64,000 bases of DNA from Planctomycetota bacterium (GTDB lineage: Bacteria > Planctomycetota > UBA1135 > UBA2386): assembly GCA_965223545.1 (NCBI GenBank), contig OZ245006.1, forward strand, positions 416,001 through 480,000, written 5' to 3'. The first letter of the stretch is position 1; each line of letters starts with the position of its first letter. Shown piece after piece: positions 33,266 through 44,300 of this stretch. The translations under genes were made by a program, and so were the position numbers. Under the pieces are notes generated by a model. The model ran no database searches and had not been told where the DNA came from. It was given only the letters and a program-made list of their open reading frames with translations.

Positions 33266-36200
33266 TCAGCGGTTCGACCACACCTGGTTCGGGCACGCGG
33301 TCCCGGCCGCGGCCGCGATCAACAGGTCCAGATCGCCATCGCGATCCAGGTCGCCCGCGGTCGGGTCGTCGAGGAAGCCCAAGCAGCTGAGCGTGAAGCG
33401 CTGCTGGCCGGCGCGGCTGGTCTCGATCAGGGTCAGCCCCGACAAGCGGACCGTCGCGGCGACGTCGGGGCGCCCATCCTGGTCGAAATCGCCGACCACC
33501 AGGCCGTCGAACGGCTCCGCGCTGAGCAGCGGCGCGCTCGGCGGAGTGAGCCCACCCAGCACGTCGCTGGTCCACACCTCGACCGACTGGGTGAAGGGAT
33601 GCGCCGCGACCACGTCGAGGCGGCCGTCGCGGTCGAAGTCGACCACCGCGACCGCGGCGGTGAGCTGGCCGGAATAGGAGCGCGGCAGCAGGCCGCTGCC
33701 GGTGCCATCGTTGATCCAAACCTGGAAGGATGCGCCGGTGCCCGCGACCACGTCGATGTCGCCATCGCCGTCGAGATCGCCGGTGGAGACGTCCAGGATG
33801 TTGTCCAGGCTGAGCTGCACCGCGGTGGAGTAGCTCGCCGGCTGGCCCGCCGCGGCGTCGTTGAGGGCGACCGCCAGGCCCTGGTCGGTGCCGAGGACCA
33901 CGTCGACCGCGCCGTCCGCGTCGAGGTCGGCCAACGCCAGCGCCACCGTCGCGCCGCTCAGGTTGGCGAAGCGGTACTCGGTCGGCGTCGACAGTGGCCC
34001 CAGCGGGCCCCGCCAAACCGCGAAGCCGGCGTCGACCGTCGGCGCTCCGGCGAGCGCGGTGACCGCGTCGAGCACTCCGTCCGGATCCAGATCCGCCAGC
34101 GACACGCTGGCCATGTCGGCGGGACCACTCAGGTCTTGGCCATTCGGGAAGGACCCCGGCACGGTGGGATCGTTGGCCCACAGCGTCAATGTGCCGAGTC
34201 CGACCGGCGGCCGGCGCAGGGCGACCGCGTCGAGCAGGCCGTCGGCGTTGATGTCGCCGATGGCGATCGCGTCCGATCCGGTCCCCGGGTTGTTGGGCGA
34301 CTCGACCAAGGCGAAGTCGCCGCGCACCGAGGCCACCGTGCCCTCGTAGAGGGCGTTGCCGCCGACCTGCGCGACGAAGACGTCGAGGTCGCCGTCGCGG
34401 TCGAAGTCGGCCGCCGCAGCGACACCACTGGCGAGCGCTTGGTCGCTGTCGAACATGACGCCGCCGAGGTTGAGCCACAGCCGTCCGGCACCGCCCTCGA
34501 CCCCCTCGACCACGTCGAGGTCGCCATCGAGATCGACGTCGCCGACAGCCATCGAAACCGTCGCCGCCGGCTCGCCGACGAAGCCGCGCGCCGACGGCAC
34601 TCCCGCGCCGTCGAACGCCCAGATGCGGTTGGCCTGGCCACGGTTGCCCTCGACCACGTCGGGGGCGCCATCGCCATCGACGTCGCCGATCGCGACCGAG
34701 ACCGTGTCGGCGTCGAGCGAGCCCAAACGCCCGCTGTCGACGAGTGCGACCGGACTGTAACCACCGGGGGCCGCCACCCAGACCCGACTCGGCCGACCCG
34801 GGCCGTTGCCGGCGATCACCTCGGGCCGCCCGTCGGCGTTGAGGTCGGCGATCACCAGCGCGGCGGTGGCATCGCCGACGCCGGTGCTGGCGGCATCGTC
34901 GAAGGGCACCGCGGAGGCGGCGAACGCGCCGCCGCCGCGGCTGGCCCACAGCAGGTTGGCAGTGCCGGCGCCGGTGCCCACCAGCACGTCCGGCCAACCA
35001 TCACCAGTGACGTCGCCGTGCGCCAGCGCGAGCACATCGGCGGTCGGCAACGACACGTCCGGCTGCGGGCCGAACCCGGCCAAGCCCTGCCACCAGATCT
35101 CGATCGCGCCCGTGCTCCGGTTCGCGGTCAACAGGTCGGGCCGCCCGTTGCGGTCGAGGTCGCCGACGGCGATCGCGACGATCTCGCCGGTGCCGATCTG
35201 CGCCCGCGCCGGCACCGGCGCGCCGAGGTCGAGGCTGAGCTCGACGCCGTCGGCGGCGGTCCCCGCCACCGCGTCGACGGCGCCGTCCAGGTTGATGTCC
35301 GCCAGCACGACCACGCGGCTGTCGGCCGTACTGGTGTCGGTGCCGACCAGTCCCAGGCCGGCGTGGATGTCGACCGACGCCGACGGCCGTGCCGTGCGCT
35401 GCCCGTTGATCGAGCGCACGCCAGTCTGGCCATCGCCGACATCGACCCCGGTGGCGGCGTTGGCGCCCCCGCCGGGCAGATGGTCCTGGCGTGCCACCAG
35501 TCGCGGGGCGACCCCCAGCACGACGCTGATCTCATCGACCCCGGGCCCCTCGACGACCGTCGCACCGGCGCCGAAGCTCGGTGCCGGACCCGTCGACGGC
35601 TGCGGCCACAGCAAGAAGTCACCGGCCACCACCCCGGGGTTGATCACCATCGGCCGGTCGAAGCGCACGACCAGGGTGTCGCCGGCGCCGATCGCCCCGT
35701 CGCCGTCGCGATCACGCAGTCGCGCGCGCTCGACCACGGCAGGCTCGGCCCGCGCGATGCGATACACCGTGAGCGTACGCCGATCGGTGGCGCCGCGGTC
35801 GTCGGTGACCACGATCTCCAGGGTCGTGTAGCGCCCGGGCGGAGCCTGCCGGTAGGGCACGCGCAGCCGCGCTCCACTCGCCTTGGCCGGCGGTACCAAG
35901 CCCGCCGCGGCGGCGATGTTGCGGCCGCCCGGGTTGGTCACCACCCAACTCAGGGGGTCGCCGTCGGGATCGTCGGCGACGATGTCGATGTTGCCGGAGC
36001 CGCCCGCGATCACCTCGAGCGACAGGTCCGGTTCGGTGCCGAACGCGCCGAACGGAGCGGCGATGGTCGGTGGGCGGTTGACGGCGCGCGGCGTCGCGAC
36101 CTCGACCACGTTGCTGTAGGCGGAGTTGCCGTTGCCGTTGAACGCCCGCACGCGGTAGCGATAGGTGGTGTCGTCGTTCAAGCCCGTGTCGGTGAGCCGG

Positions 36201-36466
36201 GTGCTGCCGGCCGCGAGCTGTCGGATCTGCCCGAACGCGCCGCCGACGACCGCCCGCTCGACCCGGTAGCCGTCCTCGTCGGCGGCGTTGTCGGCCCAGC
36301 GCAGCTCCACAGTGTCCGGTGCCGTCGCCTGCGCCGACAGACCACTGGGCCCCACCGGGGCAACGGGCGGCGGGCCGCCACCACCCCCACTGCTGCACGC
36401 GCCGACGATGAGGGCCACTGACGCCGCCACGGCGGCGCGCAAGACGGGGCTACTACGATGCTTCAC
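33266..36466 (-). CDS. Large lipoprotein with fibronectin type III domain and FG-GAP/VCBS repeats
   Basis: Signal ending LIVGA-C, Gly linker, FN3 (LRWADN...YRYRVRAFN), many DxDxDGxxD repeats; GTG start 36466 inferred. Confidence 0.8.
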   Translation of the reverse strand: MKHRSSPVLRAAVAASVALIVGACSSGGGGGPPPVAPVGPSGLSAQATAPDTVELRWADNAADEDGYRVERAVVGGAFGQIRQLAAGSTRLTDTGLNDDTTYRYRVRAFNGNGNSAYSNVVEVATPRAVNRPPTIAAPFGAFGTEPDLSLEVIAGGSGNIDIVADDPDGDPLSWVVTNPGGRNIAAAAGLVPPAKASGARLRVPYRQAPPGRYTTLEIVVTDDRGATDRRTLTVYRIARAEPAVVERARLRDRDGDGAIGAGDTLVVRFDRPMVINPGVVAGDFLLWPQPSTGPAPSFGAGATVVEGPGVDEISVVLGVAPRLVARQDHLPGGGANAATGVDVGDGQTGVRSINGQRTARPSASVDIHAGLGLVGTDTSTADSRVVVLADINLDGAVDAVAGTAADGVELSLDLGAPVPARAQIGTGEIVAIAVGDLDRNGRPDLLTANRSTGAIEIWWQGLAGFGPQPDVSLPTADVLALAHGDVTGDGWPDVLVGTGAGTANLLWASRGGGAFAASAVPFDDAASTGVGDATAALVIADLNADGRPEVIAGNGPGRPSRVWVAAPGGYSPVALVDSGRLGSLDADTVSVAIGDVDGDGAPDVVEGNRGQANRIWAFDGAGVPSARGFVGEPAATVSMAVGDVDLDGDLDVVEGVEGGAGRLWLNLGGVMFDSDQALASGVAAAADFDRDGDLDVFVAQVGGNALYEGTVASVRGDFALVESPNNPGTGSDAIAIGDINADGLLDAVALRRPPVGLGTLTLWANDPTVPGSFPNGQDLSGPADMASVSLADLDPDGVLDAVTALAGAPTVDAGFAVWRGPLGPLSTPTEYRFANLSGATVALALADLDADGAVDVVLGTDQGLAVALNDAAAGQPASYSTAVQLSLDNILDVSTGDLDGDGDIDVVAGTGASFQVWINDGTGSGLLPRSYSGQLTAAVAVVDFDRDGRLDVVAAHPFTQSVEVWTSDVLGGLTPPSAPLLSAEPFDGLVVGDFDQDGRPDVAATVRLSGLTLIETSRAGQQRFTLSCLGFLDDPTAGDLDRDGDLDLLIAAAAGTACPNQVWSNR

Positions 36467-36688
36467 TTTGGCCTGCTCCGGTCCATGACCAGGGCGCTCG
36501 AGCCGGATCCCCCCGGCGACGCCTGAACGAGTCTCGAGGCGCGAGCTGCAGCGACTCGGTCGCCGGATTGCCGCCCACACCGCCGGCGCCGATTCTCGGC
36601 GACGGAGGCCCTGCGGCGCCAGTCCGCATTTCACACCAGCTCGCACGGCGCCCTTTACCGAGGCCCCGTGTCCCCTTGACGGAGAAGC

Positions 36689-38074
36689 CTACCCCACCGC
36701 CGGGGCGGGCGCGGCGGCAGGCCGCCGAACGACCGCGGCAAAGAAGCCGTCGCTGCCGTGCACGTGCGGGAACATGGCCAAGTAGCGGCCGCTGCCATCG
36801 GCAACCGGCCGGCCACGGGTGCCGCCGAGCACCTCGACCACCGGCACCAGGCGCAGCTCGGGACGGCGCGCGAGCAGCTCCTCGACGACCTGCTCGTTCT
36901 CCTCGGCAAGCACGGTACAGGTGGCGTAGACCAGCCGGGCGCCGGGCCGCAGCGCGGCCGCGGCCCGGGCCAACAGGGCGCGCTGAATCTCCGCCAGGCG
37001 GCGCAGCTCGGCCTCGGTGGCGCGGGCCCGCATCTCCGGATGGCGGCGCAGTGCGCCGAAACCGCTGCACGGCACGTCGAGCAACAGCCGGTCGGCGCGG
37101 GCGGCGAACGCGGCCACCTCCGCCGGCCATTCGCCAGCTCCAACGGCCAGCGCGCGGACGTTGTGCGCGCCCGCCCGCCGGGCGCGGCGCCGCAGCTCGG
37201 CCAGTCGACCCGCATCGGCATCGACCGCCAGCACTTCACCGCGGTTGCCCAGCAGCGCCGACAGCGCCAGGGTCTTGCCGCCGGCTCCGGCACAGACGTC
37301 GAGCACGGTCCCGCCGGGCGGCGGCGCCACCAGCTCGGCGACCAGCTGGCTCGCCTCGTCCTGCATTTCGAACCAACCGTCGGCGAAGGCGGGATGGCGA
37401 AACAGCTGCGCCGGCGTCCGCACCACCAGCCCTGCCGCCGCGTGTGCGGTCGGGGTGGTCTCGATGCCATCGGCGAGCAGCCGCTGCGCCAGCGACGCGC
37501 GGCTCGCGCGGAGCGCGTTGGCGCGCAGGGTGACCGGCGCGCGCGCGGTCAGCGCTTCGACCAACGGCTCGGCCTCGTCGCCGTACTGCGCGACCAACCG
37601 CCGAGCCAACCAGGGTGGCAGCGCGCCGACGAGCGCGAGCCGCTCGACCGGATCGCCGTGCTGGCGCACCTCGGCCCGCAGCCCCGCCACCCGCGGCCAA
37701 TCGATCCACGGCACCGTGAAGGCCGCCTCGGCCGCCGCCAGGTCGCCGACCAGCACCCGCGCCATCAGCACGCGCACCGGGTCGCGCAGCGCCGGGACCA
37801 CGCTGCCCGCGGGCGTCGCGCAGCACACGGCGTGGTCGAGCAGGGCCGCGTTGGCGAGCACGTGGTGCAGGCGCTCGACGATCCGCTTCTGCTGGCGCGG
37901 CCGCAACCCTTCGCCGCGAAACAGGTCGCGCACCAACACCGACGGCGGCGCCGACGAGCGCCGCGTCCGCGCCAGCAGCTCGACCACGTAGCGGTCGGCC
38001 GTGTCCAGCGGCACCGGGCTCGCCGGCGCCACCCGCGCCGCCACTTGCCGGCGCCACCGCTTGCCACGCGCCAC
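36689..38074 (-). CDS. RsmB/NOP2 family RNA m5C methyltransferase
   Basis: QDEASQL, DVCAGAGGKT, DVPCSG, YATCT, EENE, DGFF. Confidence 0.92.
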   Translation of the reverse strand: MARGKRWRRQVAARVAPASPVPLDTADRYVVELLARTRRSSAPPSVLVRDLFRGEGLRPRQQKRIVERLHHVLANAALLDHAVCCATPAGSVVPALRDPVRVLMARVLVGDLAAAEAAFTVPWIDWPRVAGLRAEVRQHGDPVERLALVGALPPWLARRLVAQYGDEAEPLVEALTARAPVTLRANALRASRASLAQRLLADGIETTPTAHAAAGLVVRTPAQLFRHPAFADGWFEMQDEASQLVAELVAPPPGGTVLDVCAGAGGKTLALSALLGNRGEVLAVDADAGRLAELRRRARRAGAHNVRALAVGAGEWPAEVAAFAARADRLLLDVPCSGFGALRRHPEMRARATEAELRRLAEIQRALLARAAAALRPGARLVYATCTVLAEENEQVVEELLARRPELRLVPVVEVLGGTRGRPVADGSGRYLAMFPHVHGSDGFFAAVVRRPAAAPAPAVG

Positions 38075-38090
38075 GATGACGCCCCTAGGC

Positions 38091-39311
38091 CTAGCGCGCC
38101 CGCACCCGCACGGTTTCGCCGACCCAGCTCATCGCGCCGCGCAGCTCGTCGTAGTCCGGCATCCGCAGCCGCATCCACGCATTCGCCATGTAGCCGCCGG
38201 AAACGGGCTGGGTGGCGGAGCCGGGCGGCGGCAAGTGCATGTCCAACAAGGCGCCACCGAGCCGCTGGCGGACCGCGTCGACTCCCTCGTAGCCGGTGAT
38301 CACGCCGTCGCACTCCGGCCGCAGCGCGATCATGCCGGCGGCGTAACGCCGCGACGCCACCGTCTCCGTCTGCTCGTGCACCAGCAGCCGTGCCCACTCG
38401 ACGTACAGATCCATGTCGTTGGCGGCACCGTACAGATCCCAGACCCGCACGCCCGGCGGCCGGCATCCGATCTCCGAGAACACCAAACCCTTGTCGCCGA
38501 AGAACCACTCCATGTGCGTCGCCGAAGTGTGCACGCCGAGCACGTCGATGACGCGCTTGCCGAGCTCCCGCACTTCGGCGTAGTGCTCGGCATCCAGGCG
38601 ATTGGTGATCGCGATCTGCGGCGAGATCCACCGCGCGCGCATGGCCTCCAGCACGCCGGGGTAGTAGTGGCTGATGAAGTCGAAGACCACCTCGCCCTTG
38701 CAGCACAGGGTGTCGTAGAACGCCTCGTGGCCCTCGATGAACTCCTCGATGGCAACACTCGCGCCGTGCGCCACGCCGCTCGCCTCGATCGCCGCCGCCA
38801 ACTGCTCGTCGTCGGCGACGCGGTAGGTGCCGGCGGCACCGGCGGCGTCCAGCGGCTTGATGATCAGTGGATAGCCGACCTCGTCGGCGAAGGCGCGCAC
38901 CGCCTCGGCGTCGTCGGCGCCGGTCGACCGCGCGCAGGGCACGCCGGCCTCGCGCAGGGCTTGCTTCATCGCCGGTTTGTCGCGACACAAGTAGGCAGTG
39001 CGCGACGTGGTGCCCGGGATACCGCACGCCTCGCGCACGTGGGCGGCCGCCATGACGTGGGCCTCGACGGTGGCCTCCAGGCGGTCGACCCACTCGCGCG
39101 CCTGCACCCGCCGCACCGCATCCAGCAGGGCCGGCTCGTCGACGACCGACGACACCTGCTCGTATCCGTGCAGGCAGCGCTTGACTTCGGCCGGCAACAC
39201 CGAGGCCGGCTTCTCGCCGATCGCCGTGACCCGGGCGCCCACCGCGGCGAGCGCGCGGACGAACTCGCGCTGGTTGGCGGGAAACGCCGGCTCCAAGAAA
39301 AGCACGTGCAT
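38091..39311 (-). CDS. ATP-grasp domain protein, paralog of 50600-51829 and 51867-53084
   Basis: RDKPAMK, GYPLIIKP, EEFIEG, THMEWF, EIGCRPPG. Confidence 0.88.
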   Translation of the reverse strand: MHVLFLEPAFPANQREFVRALAAVGARVTAIGEKPASVLPAEVKRCLHGYEQVSSVVDEPALLDAVRRVQAREWVDRLEATVEAHVMAAAHVREACGIPGTTSRTAYLCRDKPAMKQALREAGVPCARSTGADDAEAVRAFADEVGYPLIIKPLDAAGAAGTYRVADDEQLAAAIEASGVAHGASVAIEEFIEGHEAFYDTLCCKGEVVFDFISHYYPGVLEAMRARWISPQIAITNRLDAEHYAEVRELGKRVIDVLGVHTSATHMEWFFGDKGLVFSEIGCRPPGVRVWDLYGAANDMDLYVEWARLLVHEQTETVASRRYAAGMIALRPECDGVITGYEGVDAVRQRLGGALLDMHLPPPGSATQPVSGGYMANAWMRLRMPDYDELRGAMSWVGETVRVRAR

Positions 39312-39419
39312 GGTCGCGGTCGACGATACCGGTCCGCGGCGGCGGGGGGTCTCGCGCGGAGACAATTTCGCCGGCCGGCGCTGCAGGCGACGCCCGCGCG
39401 CTCCGATGAGGCGACGCAG

Positions 39420-39839
39420 ATGGCCGTCGACCGCCTGCGCCCGCGTCTGCCGCTCGCAACCCGCATCTATCTCGCCGGGATCGCCGTGCTGCTGCCGTCG
39501 AGCGCGTGGATGCTGCTGGTCGCCGACACCGAGCACGTCGCCCTTTGGCTGGTGCTGCCGTGCGCCTGGGTGTTCGGCTTCTTCTCGGTGGTGACGCCGC
39601 TGCTGACGGCCTACTGGATCTATCGCGCGCTGCGGCTGGCGCGCGATCCGTCGGCCTTGGTGGAACGTCTGCGCGGCGTTCCCGACGGTGCACTGCGCGA
39701 GCGCGCCATCGCCCTGCTGGCGGGCGAGATGCGCGTGCCGCGGATGCTGGTGCGCCGGCTCTACGAGCGCGCGGAGCCGCGGCTGCGCGCGGCTCTCCAG
39801 AGCCGGACCGAACCGATCGCCGACGCTACGGCACCGTGA
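39420..39839 (+). CDS. Small membrane protein of unknown function
   Basis: Two hydrophobic segments; fills the gap between flanking minus-strand genes. Confidence 0.55.
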   Translation: MAVDRLRPRLPLATRIYLAGIAVLLPSSAWMLLVADTEHVALWLVLPCAWVFGFFSVVTPLLTAYWIYRALRLARDPSALVERLRGVPDGALRERAIALLAGEMRVPRMLVRRLYERAEPRLRAALQSRTEPIADATAP

Positions 39840-41169
39840 CGCGGACCGCGTTCGACAAGTTGCCGACGGCACCGGCGCCCGCCAGCGCCTGCAGGGTCAG
39901 CTCGAAGCCCGACGGCAATCCGGCCAGCGGCAGCTGGCTGTAGAGCGGCGCGGGGCCACTCGCCGCCACCAGCAGAGGCCCGCTCAGATCCAGCATCACC
40001 TGGCCATACGGCTCGAGCAGCGGCCCGTTGCCACCGATGCCGACGATCAAGAACGACGTCAGATTCCCGGGTGCGGAGGTGAGGACCCACGCGCTCGGCA
40101 CCGTGCCGGTCAACACACCGGCGTCGACGTGGGCGTTGCCGAACTCGTAGGCGCCCATGTCGACGCGCATGGCACCGTCGAGGTCACCGTCCAGGCAGCG
40201 CGGCTGGCCGCCGAGCGCGACGCCGCCGGGGCGGGCGCCCGCGTCACCGGCGTCGATGCACGGCGAGCTCGCCCGCAGCGAGAACCCGACCGCGCTGAAG
40301 CGCGGGTCGACGTCGATGTTGCCCGGACCGGCGGCGCCACCCTGCACGTTGCTGAAGGCCACGTCGGTGCCCGACCTGCTGTGGAACGAGTCCAGCTCGC
40401 CGTTGTTCCAGACGATGGAGTGGTGCAGCCGCAGGCCGGTGCCGAAGTTGACGATGACGCCGAACAGCGCCTTGTTTCCGGTGAAGGTGCAGTGCTCGAG
40501 GTCGAGCCCACCGCCGCCGAACTCGGCGACCGCGCCGCCGGAAGCCAACGCGGTGTTGCCGACGAACAGGCTGTTGCGGATCTCCGCCACACTGCCCAAC
40601 CAGCTGAAGAAGCCGCCGCCGTCGTCGGCGGTGTTGTTGTCGAACACGCACTGCTCGATCAGCGGGCTGCCGCCGCTGCCGGCGTAGACGCCGCCGCCCC
40701 AGCAGGCCGCGTTGTTGTCGCGGAACACGCAGCCGCGGATGGTCGGGCTGCAGTCGAGGATGCGGATGCCGCCCCCGTTGAACGGATCCGAGATCGCGCC
40801 CGGCGGGGTGTCGCCGTTGATGATGGTGAAGCCCTCGACCACCGCCTCGCGAGTCTCGCCGTTCTCGAACAAGAAGGCGCGGTACGGCGCACCGGGCGCC
40901 GAGCCGCAGTCGATCGTGCAGCGCTCGGCGCCGCCCGCGCTGCGCACGGTGATCGCCTTGCCGCCGAACGACAGGTCCCGGTTGCCGTCACCGGTGTAGA
41001 CGCCGTTGGCGACGACGACGACGTCGCCCGGCGCGGCCGCGTCGATGGCGGCCTGGATCGTGGCGAACTGCGATGGCACGTGCAGCTCGCCGCCGGCGCG
41101 TGCGACGGGCGCCAGGGTGGCCGCGGCGAGGCCGAGCGGGAGGATCAAGGAGCGAACAGATCGTTGCAT
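39826..41169 (-). CDS. Secreted right-handed beta-helix (pectin lyase-like) repeat protein
   Basis: Signal peptide, VPSQFATIQAAIDAA, repeated GGG..FxxNxA units, SPCIDAG, DMGAYE. Confidence 0.8.
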   Translation of the reverse strand: MQRSVRSLILPLGLAAATLAPVARAGGELHVPSQFATIQAAIDAAAPGDVVVVANGVYTGDGNRDLSFGGKAITVRSAGGAERCTIDCGSAPGAPYRAFLFENGETREAVVEGFTIINGDTPPGAISDPFNGGGIRILDCSPTIRGCVFRDNNAACWGGGVYAGSGGSPLIEQCVFDNNTADDGGGFFSWLGSVAEIRNSLFVGNTALASGGAVAEFGGGGLDLEHCTFTGNKALFGVIVNFGTGLRLHHSIVWNNGELDSFHSRSGTDVAFSNVQGGAAGPGNIDVDPRFSAVGFSLRASSPCIDAGDAGARPGGVALGGQPRCLDGDLDGAMRVDMGAYEFGNAHVDAGVLTGTVPSAWVLTSAPGNLTSFLIVGIGGNGPLLEPYGQVMLDLSGPLLVAASGPAPLYSQLPLAGLPSGFELTLQALAGAGAVGNLSNAVRVTVP

Positions 41170-41336
41170 GTGTTCTCGTTTTCGAATCGGGGAAGCGAAC
41201 GAGGCTCCGGATGAGCAACTCGCGGACCAATCGCGCCGCGGGGCGCGGACGGCGGAAAACGGCGCCGATCGCGTGCGCCAAGCGCACGCGCCGCGCACGC
41301 ATCGCGGACGGCTCGGGGTTGTTCTCTCGCCGTCTC

Positions 41337-44300
41337 TCACTCCGCCGCGCGCGCGCGGCGCTTGAGCTTCTGGTAGAGCGCGGTGCGCGAGATGCCGAGC
41401 AGCTTGGCGGCCTTGGTCTTGTCGCCGTCGGTGTGCCGCAAGACGGCGTCGATCGTCCGCGCCTCGGCCTCTGCCAGCGGCATCACCGGCCACGACCTTC
41501 CAGCGCCGTCGGGCACGGCGATCGTCTGCAGCTCGACCGCCTCGATCCGGTCCCCGGTGGCGAACAGGAACGCGCGCTCGATCACGTGCGCCAGCTCGCG
41601 CACGTTGCCCGGCCAACCGTGCTCGATCAGCTGGGCCCGGGCGGTGTCGGCGAGCACGACCGCGCGGTCCTGCTGCCGATTCAGCCGGTCGAGAAACGCG
41701 TCGGCCAGCAACAGCACGTCGTCACCGCGCTGGCGCAGCGCCGGCACGCGCAGCTCCGCCGCCGCCAGCCGGAAGTAGAGGTCCTCGCGAAACTCGCCGG
41801 CCGCGATCATCGCCGGCAAATCGCGATGGGTGGCCGCCACCAGCCGGAAGTCGAGCGCGATCGGCGCATGGTCACCGACCCTGCGCGCGACGTTCTCCTG
41901 CAGCACGCGCAGCAGCTTCGCCTGCAGGGTGAGCGGCATGTCGCCGACCTCGTCCAAGAACAAGGTGCCGCCAGCGGCCAGCTCGAGCAAGCCCGCGCGG
42001 TCGCGGTCCGCGCCGGTGAAGGCACCCTTGCGGTGCCCGAACAGCTCGCTCTCCATCAACTCGGTGGGGATCGCCGAGCAGTTCTCCGACAAGAACGGGC
42101 CGCGCCGCCGCTCGCCCTGCTCGTGCAGCGCGCGCGCCGCCAGCTCCTTGCCGGTTCCGGTCTCGCCGAGCACCAGGATCGGCAAGTCGGCGTCGGCCAG
42201 CACCGCGATCTGCCGGCGCAGGGCCCGCATCGGCGGGCTGTCACCGAGCATTTCGGCGACCGGATCGCGCGGCGTGGCCCCTCTACCGCCGGGCTCCGGT
42301 GCAGGCGGCGGCACCGCCTCCTCGCGGCGCGCCGCACCGCGCGTCGCACCGCGCTCCGGCGAAACGACGCCCGCCGCGACGGCGATGGAGGCCTGGTCGG
42401 CCAGCACCTCGAGCCACTCCTTGTGCACCGCGGCGAACGCCTTGCCGCGAGTCGGGTGCTCGACGTACAGCGCACCGCCGCCACCCGCCGTGGTGAACGG
42501 GACGCAGAGCGCCGAGCGCTGCTCGAGATTGCGGACGCTGGTCATCTCGCTCAAGCTCGCATCGCCCACCAAGTCGTCGCCGGACAACGCGCGCTGGGAC
42601 TGCATGGCGCGGTTGGCCAAGGTGCGGCTGAACGCGTCGGCGCCGCCCGAGCCCGTGCCCCGGCTGAGGACCACCCGCAGGCCGCCGTCCTCGGCCAGCA
42701 GCAGATGGGCGAGCCGACCACCCAACAGCGTCACCGCGGCGTCGAGCAGAAACTCGAGCGCCGCGCGCGGGTCGCCGGCTGCCGCCAAGCGGCGGTTGAT
42801 CGCGGTGAACGTTTGGAACACGGTCGCCGGTACCGTCATCTCGCTACCTCTCTCACGCTCTCGCCCCTCATCCGTCCCCATCCGCGCCAGGCGCTGCTCG
42901 ACCTCTGCCGCCAGCCGGCGCACGCGGCCGTCGGCGTCGCCGCCGAGCCGCGCCAGCCACCGGCGCGCGCGCGAGACCTCGCCGAGAGCGGCGTGCGCGG
43001 CGGCGAGGTGGGCGTAGACCAGGGGCAGCGGTCCGTCGCAACCCACACTCTGCAGGCGCCGCGCCGCGCGCCGCATGCGGCGCACACCGACCTCGGGCCG
43101 GCCCGCGGCCAAGCTGACGATGCCGAGATTGGCATCCGCGCGCGCCACGCCGGCGACGTCGCCGACGTGGCGATACAAGGCGAGTGCACGGCGCAGGTGG
43201 CCGCGCGCTTCGTCGAGCTCGCCGCGATCTTTGGCCAGCACCCCGAGGTTGCTGTGCGCCACCGCGCAACCGCGCACGTGGCCGAGGCGGCGCAGCTCCG
43301 CCAGCGCCGCGGCGTGGTGGCGTTGTGCCGCCGCGCCGTCGCCACCGTCCCGTTCCGCCTCGGCCAGGTTGGTGAGCGCAGCGGCGCGCAGGAACGGCCG
43401 GCGCTCGTCGATGCGCGCCAGTGCCGCCTGCAACACGCCGACCGCCCGCGCAGCGTCTCCGGCGCGCGTCAGGACCAGACCGCGCAACACCGCGGCCTCC
43501 ACGCGCCGCGTTCGCACTCCATCGAGCAAGTCGAGCGCGCGCTGCCAATCGCCGCGCAATTCGGCCGCGCTGGCGGCCAGGAGCCGGCGTGCCGCGGAGC
43601 CGCCTTCCCTCGGGGGGTGCACCGCAAGGATCGCGTCCGCGGCCCGCACCTGGCCCAGGTCGAGCCGCGCGCGCGCCTCGAGCAGCGGCAGATCGTGCAC
43701 CAGGGGCAGCGCGCGGGCTGGCTCTCCGCCGCGGGTGAGCCCTTCGGCGAGGGCGGCGCGCAGCCGCCGCTCGCCGGGCGCGTCGAGCCCCGGCAGCTCT
43801 CTGCGATAGGCGGCGAACGCGGCCTCCACCTGGCCTTGCTGCGCGGCCCGCCGCAGCGCGGCCGGGGTGCCGGCGAGGATCGGCGGGGCCGCCAAGTCCA
43901 CGCGCCCGGCAGCCGCCGCCGGCCAGCTCCACCGCGCCCCGTCCGGCGCGATGCTGCCCGCCTCCACCAGCCGCGACAGTGCTGCACCGAGCGCAGCGGG
44001 AGTGCGCGCCCCGACACTCCACAGGGCCTGTGCCGCCGGTTCGGCCGGCTGCAGACCGACGCTGGCGCGCAGATGCGCGGCGACGGCGCCGGCGTCGATC
44101 TGACCGAGTTCGAGTTCGACCGCGGCCTCGCCTCCGCGCCGCACCACACTCGTGGCGTCGCGGTGCACGACCGCGCGCGCGCCGGTGAGAACGGTGGCGG
44201 TGTGCACCGCGACCGCGCGCCGGTCGTCCGCATCCCCGCCGCGCACCACCACGTCGCGACGAGCGCCGGCCCGGGCGAGCACCGCGTCGAGCGCCGGGGC

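Noticed and set aside
33134..36421. 1095 aa plus-strand ORF
   Set aside because: Antisense shadow of the FG-GAP gene; Arg/Gly-rich with no motifs, typical of high-GC codon bias
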